From assembly GCA_963713045.1 (NCBI GenBank), contig CAVQKE010000005.1, positions 128,001-192,000 on the forward strand: a stretch of 64,000 nucleotides of DNA, written 5' to 3'. Positions 56,959-64,000 of this stretch are shown piece after piece. The notes under the pieces are model-generated. The model saw nothing but the letters and a program-made list of their open reading frames with translations, was not told the origin of the DNA and did not search any database. The DNA comes from an uncultured delta proteobacterium. GTDB lineage: Bacteria; Myxococcota; Myxococcia; Myxococcales; Myxococcaceae. Each line of letters begins with the position of its first letter. The stretch's first letter is position 1. A program made the position numbers and the translations under genes.

Positions 56959-59049
56959 TCAGCGGTGCGACAGACCTGTGCCATCCTGCACCGCGTCAAG
57001 GGTGCCCATGCTGTCCCCTTCCAGCACCGCATCCAGGGCGTCCATGCCGGACACCACCTCTCCCACCACGGTGTAGCGGCCCTCCAGGTGGGGTTGTCGG
57101 CTGAGGGCCACAAACAGTTGGCTACCGCCCGTGTCCTTGCCGCTGAGTGCCATGCCCACCGTCCCCCGGCGGTAGCGCCGCGGGCTGACTTCACAGGGCA
57201 GGGTAAAGCCGGGCCCGCCCTCCCCGTCTCCCCGTGGGTCTCCCCCCTGCACCACAAAGTCCGGCACCACGCGGTGGAAGGTGAGGCCTTGGAAGTAGCC
57301 GGCGCGGGCCAAGCGGGTCAGTTGCGCCACCGTCTCCGGCGCAGCGTCCACCGCCGGCTGAATCACAACGACGCCTCGGGCCGTGTCCAGCCGCCAGGCC
57401 ACGTCCGCACTGACGCTGTCCGCGTGCGGAAAGGCGGGCGGTGCGTCCGGGCCTGCGCCCGGGCCCCACACCGGCTTTCCCTCCAGGGTGGTGAGGGCGT
57501 GCTCCGCGGCGTGGCGCAAATGCGGGTGGGACGCCACCAGCCAGCTGTGAAGCAGCGCTTGGCCTCCGTCGGGTTTGAGGGCGACCAGGGCCTCAGCCCA
57601 GGCATCGGCCTGCTCAGGCTCGTTGGTCGCCGCCTTCGCTCGGCGCAGCACCGCCGGGCCGGAGGCCACGTCCATCAGTTCGCCCAGCGCGGCCGCCGCG
57701 GCGGCGGACAGCACTGGGTCCGCCGCGGAGACATAGGGCCGCACGTCCTCGGCCGCCTCGGCGTGGTGGCTTGCGCCCAACAGGTTGACGGCCGCCACCT
57801 GCACGGTGGCGTCCGGGTGATGAAGGTAGCGCTGCACGTCCGCCAGCTTGAAGTTGCTCTGCAGGGAAGCTGCCTTCGCCACCTCCTGGAGGCCGAGGCG
57901 CAGCCGCCGGGCTTCGGGCACCAGCCCGTCTCCGCACGACAGCGTCTCCAGAAGCCAGCCGGCACTCCTGTCCTCGGCCGCCGCGAGGCGGCAGTCCAGC
58001 CAGGCGAGGTCCGCCCGGGGGCCTGGGGGCGCGGCGGCAAAGTCCTCGCGCACCCGGGCGCGCAGCGAGGCGAGGAGGGGCTGGCCGGCCGGCGGCAGAC
58101 CGGCCTGGGCCAACGCCTCGAGCGGCGGGGCGCCCAGCCGCACGTCCCCGTGCGACACGCGGTCCACGGAAGCGGTGAGGGCCGGCAACTCGTCCAGTGG
58201 CGCACAGGCCGCAGCGGGGGTGCAGCGCGCGGCCAGCGTGGCCAGCGTCCGCGCTGCCTCCGCCGCCACTCCCGGCTGCGCGTCGGCCAACAACGGGCGC
58301 ACCGCGCGCGCGTCGGCCGGGGTGCCGTTGGCGGCAAGTCCTTTGACGGCCACGGCCCGCACGTCTGCGGCTTCGTCCAAGAGGGCCTTCAACAGCGCGG
58401 CCCTGCCCTCCGCCGCTGCGGCGTACCCCAGCGCATACGCCGCCGCCCAGCGCAGGGGCAGTGGTTCGCTGGGCACCAGCCGGCTGGCCAACAGCGGTGT
58501 GGCCGCCTCCGGCCAGGTGGCCTTGGCCCGCGCCGCCACACCGAGGGCCAGGGCCGCCGTCTCGGCGACCTCCGGCGCGGCCGCCAGGCGCTGCACCAGC
58601 CTGTCCAAGGCCGCCGGCGTCCGCAGCCGGCCCAGCGCCGTCAGCTGCTGGGTGCGCGCCGCTTCGTCCAACTCATGCGCCTCCGCTGCCAGCACCGCAT
58701 CCGCCAGCTTGGCGCGCACCGCGTCCGGAATGCCATCCCAGGCCAGCCCCAACTCTCCGGCCGCAAAGGCCGCCATGGCCCGTGCCTCGGGGTCCGGGTC
58801 GCTGCAGGCGGCGGCCACCGTCGGCGCCGTGTCTGCGTCCTGCAGCCGCGCCAAGGCCAACAGCGCCCGGGCCCGCACCGCCGGCGGCTTCATCGGGTCT
58901 CTGGCCCAGGCGCCCAGCGTCCCGGCGCCCAGGCTTCGGTGCTGCTCCCAATACGCAATGCGCGCCACCGCCTGGCCGCTGGGCTGCCCACAGTGGAAGT
59001 CGCCGCAGCCGGCGGCGACAAGGAGCGCGACGGAAAGGGCGGGACGCAC
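56959..59049 (-). CDS. HEAT-repeat lipoprotein with C-terminal cyclophilin-type PPIase
   Basis: Lipobox-like AAGC; HEAT repeats; FHRVVPDFVVQGGDP, GMA..GKDTGGSQ.F. Confidence 0.88.
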   Translation of the reverse strand: MRPALSVALLVAAGCGDFHCGQPSGQAVARIAYWEQHRSLGAGTLGAWARDPMKPPAVRARALLALARLQDADTAPTVAAACSDPDPEARAMAAFAAGELGLAWDGIPDAVRAKLADAVLAAEAHELDEAARTQQLTALGRLRTPAALDRLVQRLAAAPEVAETAALALGVAARAKATWPEAATPLLASRLVPSEPLPLRWAAAYALGYAAAAEGRAALLKALLDEAADVRAVAVKGLAANGTPADARAVRPLLADAQPGVAAEAARTLATLAARCTPAAACAPLDELPALTASVDRVSHGDVRLGAPPLEALAQAGLPPAGQPLLASLRARVREDFAAAPPGPRADLAWLDCRLAAAEDRSAGWLLETLSCGDGLVPEARRLRLGLQEVAKAASLQSNFKLADVQRYLHHPDATVQVAAVNLLGASHHAEAAEDVRPYVSAADPVLSAAAAAALGELMDVASGPAVLRRAKAATNEPEQADAWAEALVALKPDGGQALLHSWLVASHPHLRHAAEHALTTLEGKPVWGPGAGPDAPPAFPHADSVSADVAWRLDTARGVVVIQPAVDAAPETVAQLTRLARAGYFQGLTFHRVVPDFVVQGGDPRGDGEGGPGFTLPCEVSPRRYRRGTVGMALSGKDTGGSQLFVALSRQPHLEGRYTVVGEVVSGMDALDAVLEGDSMGTLDAVQDGTGLSHR

Positions 59050-59162
59050 GGCCAGGGGGCAAGCTTCGCTGAGGCGGCCCACCCAATGCCAGCGGCAGCG
59101 CCCGCCCCCGGGGGGGGTGTGTGCCGCCTGTGCGAGAATGCCGCTGTGTCTTAAGGCGGCCA

Positions 59163-61820
59163 ATGCCGGCTTCGGTCCTGACGCGCTTCCACACCCGGCT
59201 TCTGGCCGAGGAACTCACCCTGCGCGCCGCCCGCGGGGCGGAGCGCGTCGTCCCCACCCTTTCCGAAGCCCGGGTGGACCTCCATCCCCACCAGGTGGAG
59301 GCGGCGGCGTTTGCCTTGGACAGCCTCGCGCGCGGGGGCTGCCTGTTGGCCGATGAAGTGGGCCTCGGCAAAACCATTGAAGCGGGCATCGTCCTTTCCC
59401 AGCTGTGGGCCGAGGGCAAGGAGCGCATCCTCATCCTCACCCCGGCGACCCTGCGCGCGCAGTGGCAGACCGAGCTGCGGGAGAAGTTTGACCTGGACGC
59501 GGTGGTGGTGGATGGCCGGGGAGACAAGCCGGGCACCAACCCGTTTGACCGGCCCTACCCGGTCATCGCCAGCCTGCCCTTCGCCGCCGCACGCCCGGAG
59601 GCCCTGGGGGCCGTCGCCTGGGACGTCGTCGTCATCGACGAGGCGCACCGGCTGCGCAATGCCCACCGCCCCGGGCACAAGACGGGCCGGGCACTGCGCA
59701 GCGCGCTGGCTGGGCGAGCGAAGCTGCTGCTGACTGCCACCCCACTGCAAAACACGCTGCTCGAGCTGTTTGGGTTGTTGAGCCTCCTCGACGAGGAGTT
59801 GCTTGGCCCGGAGCACGCCTTCCGCAGCCGCTACACGCCGGAGGCGGACGGAACACTGCACGTCGACGCCTCGGCGGAACTGAAAGAAAGACTGAGCGCG
59901 GCCGTCCACCGCACCCTACGCCGGCAGGTGCGCGAGTACGTGCGCTTCACCAACCGGCACAGCGTGGTGGAGGACTTTGCCCCGACGGCCGAGGAGGAAG
60001 CGCTGTACCAAGCCGTCAGCGAATACCTGCGCCGAAGCGATGCCGCCGCCATTGAGCCGGGCAAGCGCACGCTGCTCACCCTCGTCTACCGGAAGCTTTT
60101 GGCGAGCTCCACCTTCGCCATCGCCCCCACTTTGCGCAAGCTGGCCGAGACGCTGCGCCGCCGGATGCAGGCCGCGGCTGCCTCGGCCGAAGCAGTCGTC
60201 GAGGCGGAGGACCTCCGGGGCTTCCAGGAAGAGGCCGAGGCCTGGGAGGACGGCCCCGGGCGGCCCGTCTCGCTCAAGGCGATGCAAGCAGAGGCGGTGG
60301 AGCTCGACGGCTATGCCGGAGCGGCCGAGAAAATTTCGGTCAACGCCAAGGGCGAGGCGCTGGTGCGGGCGCTGCAGCGCCTATTCACCGTGGCACGCTC
60401 CCACCAATGGCCAGAGAAGGCGGTGGTGTTTACTGAATCTCGAAGGACGCAGGCCTACCTGGCGGAGCTTCTGTCGGCCAATGGCTTTGCCGGAAGCATT
60501 TCCCTGTTGTCCGGCGACGCCGCCACGCCGGAGGAGCGCGCGGCGCTGGTGGAAGAATTTCGCAGCCGCACGCACCTCCTCATCTCCACCGAGGCCGGGG
60601 CCGAGGGCCTCAACCTCCAATTCTGCAACCTGGTGGTGAACTACGACTTGCCCTGGAATCCCCAGCGCATCGAGCAGCGCATCGGCCGCTGTCACCGCTA
60701 CGGGCAGCAGCGCGACGTGCTGGTGCTCAACTTCCTCAACCGCCGCAATGCCGCCGACGCCCGGCTGTATGAATTGCTGGAGGCGAAACTCAACCTCTTC
60801 CACGGCGTCTTCGGCGCCTCGGATGAGATTCTCGGCGCGCTGGAGAGCGGCTTGGACTTCGAGCGCCGGGTGTTGGACATCTACCAATCCTGCCGGACGA
60901 CGGAGGAAATTCAGACCGCCTTCGACGCCCTTCGGGCCGACCTCGAGAGTGGAATTAACCGCCGGATGACGGACGCCCGCTCGCTTCTGCTGGAGCACTT
61001 CGACGCAGACGTCCGCCGACGCCTGAAGCTGTCCGGAGAAGAGATGAAGCAGGCCGTCCAGCGCCGGCGCGGCACGGCACGGCAGCTGACTTCCGTCCTG
61101 CTCGGCACCGAGGCCTCGCGCCACACCGCGGTGGCCGAGGCGGTGGCGTTGGCGCGCACCCAGCCTCTGGATGCGGTGAATTACCTGCAGCTGGATGCCG
61201 CCGCCCTCCCGGCGCGCCTGTCCCGCCTCGCCGGGGCCGAGGGTTGGTGGTTTGCCTACCGGTTTTCCACCGGCGGTCTGTCCCCCGAGGAGCGACTCCT
61301 TCACCTGATGCTGGTGAAACAACCCGAAGGCTTTGTCGCGCTGCCGCTTGCAGACGCGGACCTCCTGGCCCACCTCCCGGCCTCCGAGGGGAAGCGCGGC
61401 GCCCTGCCGGCCATCTCGGTCACCGCCGCCCAGGAAAGTGCCTTCGACGCCGCGCGCGCCGAATTGCTCCGCGAGGCCGAACGTCGCAGCGCACGGGCGT
61501 TGGACGTGGCGCGGGAGCGGGCGGACAGCTACGCGGAGGACTGCCTGCTGCAGACGCGCGAGACGTTGGAAAAGGCGCGGGCGGCGTGGGGGGAGGCCCG
61601 CGCGCGGCTGCGCCCACTGGATGAGCCCACCGAGCGCGCCCGAGTCCGAAGCGAGGCCGAGCGCGCCGAGCGCGCCTACCGCCGCGCCCTGGCTGCCCTG
61701 CACAAGGAGGAAGAGGCGCGCTACTCGGCCAAGGACAGGGAATTGCAGCAGCTGTCCACCCGGGCCCGCGTCCAAGACAGCCGGGCGGCACTGGGGACAG
61801 CGTACTTTTGGATTCGGTGA
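59163..61820 (+). CDS. SNF2-family helicase (RapA/HepA-like)
   Basis: LLADEVGLGKT, DEAH, TATP, EGLNLQ, YDLPWNPQRIEQRIGRCHRYGQ. Confidence 0.93.
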   Translation: MPASVLTRFHTRLLAEELTLRAARGAERVVPTLSEARVDLHPHQVEAAAFALDSLARGGCLLADEVGLGKTIEAGIVLSQLWAEGKERILILTPATLRAQWQTELREKFDLDAVVVDGRGDKPGTNPFDRPYPVIASLPFAAARPEALGAVAWDVVVIDEAHRLRNAHRPGHKTGRALRSALAGRAKLLLTATPLQNTLLELFGLLSLLDEELLGPEHAFRSRYTPEADGTLHVDASAELKERLSAAVHRTLRRQVREYVRFTNRHSVVEDFAPTAEEEALYQAVSEYLRRSDAAAIEPGKRTLLTLVYRKLLASSTFAIAPTLRKLAETLRRRMQAAAASAEAVVEAEDLRGFQEEAEAWEDGPGRPVSLKAMQAEAVELDGYAGAAEKISVNAKGEALVRALQRLFTVARSHQWPEKAVVFTESRRTQAYLAELLSANGFAGSISLLSGDAATPEERAALVEEFRSRTHLLISTEAGAEGLNLQFCNLVVNYDLPWNPQRIEQRIGRCHRYGQQRDVLVLNFLNRRNAADARLYELLEAKLNLFHGVFGASDEILGALESGLDFERRVLDIYQSCRTTEEIQTAFDALRADLESGINRRMTDARSLLLEHFDADVRRRLKLSGEEMKQAVQRRRGTARQLTSVLLGTEASRHTAVAEAVALARTQPLDAVNYLQLDAAALPARLSRLAGAEGWWFAYRFSTGGLSPEERLLHLMLVKQPEGFVALPLADADLLAHLPASEGKRGALPAISVTAAQESAFDAARAELLREAERRSARALDVARERADSYAEDCLLQTRETLEKARAAWGEARARLRPLDEPTERARVRSEAERAERAYRRALAALHKEEEARYSAKDRELQQLSTRARVQDSRAALGTAYFWIR

Positions 61821-61976
61821 GGGGCTGTGCCCCTCACCGACTGCCAAGGGCAGTGCATCCGCGGCCACTTCGCCGAATGGGCGGAGGCGAAGCAGCCCCT
61901 TTGGAAACCGCAGACCCCCCGGGTGTCTTCAGTTCGCGACCCGCACGGTGCACTGGCCGGGGGTAGAATCTCTTCC

Positions 61977-62132
61977 ATGGACCCAACCGCTCGAGAACTC
62001 CTTGACGCACTGCAGCTGTTTACCGCGCTGAACGCACTGGACATTCCGGTGCCGCCCAAACACGCCGAGGCGGTCGCCAAAGCGCGGGCTGCGCTGGACA
62101 AGCTGACGCAGCAATACGCCAGCGCGAAATAG
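61977..62132 (+). CDS. Small hypothetical protein (51 aa)
   Basis: Helical, GC3-biased ORF; TAGAAT lies 7 nt before the ATG (possibly leaderless). Confidence 0.5.
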   Translation: MDPTARELLDALQLFTALNALDIPVPPKHAEAVAKARAALDKLTQQYASAK

Positions 62133-62232
62133 AATTGGCGATTGCCGCCAGACGTCCCCGCTGGTGAAGGCCGCCAACTGTGGCCAAGCGCGCCGGGCTG
62201 CGCCTAACGTCGCTTCGGCAGGAGGAGGAGCG

Positions 62233-62499
62233 ATGTCCCCACGGGTGCTGCTGGCGGCAGTCCTCAGTCTCGGCGCCTGTGCCACCACCACCGAACGGCC
62301 GGGCACCGAGGATTGGGCGCAGGAGCGGTACAAGAGTGCCGTGACGTCCTGTGACAGCGCCCACGCCTTCGACCAGGCCCAGGCGCTCAGCGTCGGCGCC
62401 ACCATGTCGGTCCCCGACGCCAAGTACCAGGCGTGTCTCGCCAAGGCACAGGCCAACCTGGACCACGACATGGCCGTCGTGAATGGGACGGCCAAGTGA
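62233..62499 (+). CDS. Small lipoprotein
   Basis: RBS ggaggagg; lipobox LGAC; two further Cys. Confidence 0.72.
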   Translation: MSPRVLLAAVLSLGACATTTERPGTEDWAQERYKSAVTSCDSAHAFDQAQALSVGATMSVPDAKYQACLAKAQANLDHDMAVVNGTAK

Positions 62500-62573
62500 C
62501 GCTTCCCGCCACGGGGGCCGACCGCCGGCGTTGGCGGTCAGCCCCGAGCACGGCAGGGCCCATCCCTCGCCGC

Positions 62574-62684
62574 TTAGAAGAGTGCGGTGAGAAAGACGAC
62601 GGCCCCAATGAGGTAGCCAGCGGCTGTCAGCGCCGTCGCCCAGAGGAGTTCCACGTCCTGCGTCTGCTCGAGAATGCTCTGCAT
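62574..62684 (-). CDS. Small single-TM protein (36 aa)
   Basis: MQSILEQTQDVELLWATALTAAGYLIGAVVFLTALF; RBS gagg. Confidence 0.45.
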   Translation of the reverse strand: MQSILEQTQDVELLWATALTAAGYLIGAVVFLTALF

Positions 62685-62917
62685 GGCCTTGGCCTCTTCA
62701 AAGGAGCGCCGCCCCGACATGGGGCAGTCCGCCAAGGCCAGCCGCCGCCTTTCCAGCCGCTGGCTCTCCTTCGAGAGGGTGCCCTTCCTGTACAGTCCCG
62801 ACGGAAGCCCCGCCAGCACAGTTTGGGGCCAAATAATTGAAATTCTTAGCTTTTATGTCAGATTGGTGACGCCTTGCGTCAGCCAAGGTGGCGCCACTTC
62901 AGGGGAAAAGTGTTGCC

Positions 62918-63835
62918 CTAGCCCTGGAGCCGCAACGCCGCCGGGAGAAGTTCCACGCGGACCGGCAGGCGCCCAGGCTGCTCGCCGTCGACGTCCAGGA
63001 GGACTTCCTCATCGCTTTCGGCTTCCACCCGCTGCGCGCGAAATGTCCGGGTCCCGGCCAGCTGCACGTGGGTGCCGTCATAGATGCGTCGGGCTTTTAA
63101 GGCGAAGTCCGCCAGCGTGTAGCCGCTCCACACCGTCACGTCGAAGTGGCCGTCGCCGGGGTCCGCCGTGGGGGCGACGCGCATGCCTCCGCCGAAGTAC
63201 TGGCAGTTGGCCACCGCCACCGTCGTAATGCTGAGCGCCTCCCATTTGCCTCCGTCTGCGCGGAGCCGAACGGGCTGGTCGTGAAAGCGCCACATGGCTT
63301 TGACGGAGGCGAGGAAGAAGGTGGCTTTGCCCCCCAGGCCCTTCCCAGCTTGGTTGACGGCCCTGTCCACCTGGCCGCTGACGCCGAAGGAGACGACGTT
63401 GACGAAGTAACGCTGCTGCGGCCGCCCTTGCGCGTCCAAGAAGGAAACCCGTCCCACGTCCAACGGCCGCGTCTGCCCGGCGCGTATGCGCGCGCACGCG
63501 CTGCGCAGACTGGTGGACCAACCGAAGGTGCGGCGGAAGTCTCCACCCGTCCCGCGGGGAATGACGGCCACCGTCGCCCCGGCCGGCGGCCCCCCCGGCA
63601 CCCGGAAGAAGCCATTCACCACTTCATTGAGGGTGCCATCGCCGCCCACCGCGACAATGCACTCATAGCCATCGGCGAGCGCCTGGGCGGTCAGCTCGGC
63701 GGCGTGCAGCGGACTCTGGGTGAGGGCCGAGCCCACGTCTCCCATGCTGGTGCAGGCCGCGCCGAGAATGTCTGGCCAGCGGCGTCCGGTGTCTCCGTTG
63801 CCACTGCGGGGATTGACCACCAGGAAGGTGCGCAT
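62918..63835 (-). CDS. Diacylglycerol/lipid kinase (YegS/BmrU family)
   Basis: NPRSG, VGGDGTLNEVVNG, PRGTGGDF, YFGGG, DGE. Confidence 0.93.
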   Translation of the reverse strand: MRTFLVVNPRSGNGDTGRRWPDILGAACTSMGDVGSALTQSPLHAAELTAQALADGYECIVAVGGDGTLNEVVNGFFRVPGGPPAGATVAVIPRGTGGDFRRTFGWSTSLRSACARIRAGQTRPLDVGRVSFLDAQGRPQQRYFVNVVSFGVSGQVDRAVNQAGKGLGGKATFFLASVKAMWRFHDQPVRLRADGGKWEALSITTVAVANCQYFGGGMRVAPTADPGDGHFDVTVWSGYTLADFALKARRIYDGTHVQLAGTRTFRAQRVEAESDEEVLLDVDGEQPGRLPVRVELLPAALRLQG

Positions 63836-64000
63836 GCCGTGCCCGGCGGGCAGTCTCCTCCAGCGCGGCTAAAAAGGGCAGACGGGAACGCCTGGGACGG
63901 TGCGTCGTGGGCCTTGGAGACACAGCGCGCGGCACGGGGCTACGCTGGTGGGCACCACGTGCTTTGAGGATGGGCTCCACAACCGCCACGGGCTGGGTAC

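Noticed and set aside
59163..61820. SNF2 helicase as part of a DISARM/BREX-type defence system
   Set aside because: Host-like codon usage, housekeeping neighbours, and no methylase, nuclease or DUF1998 partners
62690..62820. c-di-GMP-I riboswitch upstream of the small ORF
   Set aside because: A ctctc-gaag-gagag hairpin is present, but the conserved GGCAAAC/GACGCAAAG elements are missing

Overview
GC-rich myxobacterial (Myxococcales/Cystobacterineae-like) chromosome segment in two parts. (1) 1-24929 is an accessory mosaic lying 3' of a tRNA-Gly(GCC) gene (24930-25001, minus strand). It contains two displaced partial copies of that tRNA: 13231-13264 ends at the anticodon loop and 11291-11317 ends at the T arm. 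Arm-type repeats lie beside the 11291 copy and the intact tRNA. I read this as a tandem stack of decayed integrative elements with no integrase left in the window. Cargo: four type II toxin-antitoxin modules (one duplicated pair, and one HigB-like/HigA-like pair in convergent orientation), an IS2-group IS3 element that truncates an excisionase-like gene, a K+ channel gene frameshifted by a 3x35-bp tandem repeat, membrane and ion-homeostasis genes (cls, HdeD, FUSC, VIT-like, CPA2), two MarR modules, an arylsulfatase, an orphan PD-(D/E)xK-like protein and several gene fragments. (2) 25050-64000 is core genome resembling the Myxococcus xanthus bactofilin region: pgsA, TPR-AIM24, SLT, nadB, rhomboid, LOG, pyrE, padC-bacPON, agmH, TPR, sgmT, OmpA, tlyA, dxs, ispA, xseBA, ECF sigma/anti-sigma, ExbB/ExbD, a diguanylate cyclase, acyl-CoA dehydrogenase, a MaoC pair, a cyclophilin, a SNF2 helicase and a DAG kinase. 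Three core-gene frameshifts each need +1 base in a G/C homopolymer and are probably sequencing errors. All calls come from motif recognition by eye; no database search was run. No CRISPR array or rRNA was found.
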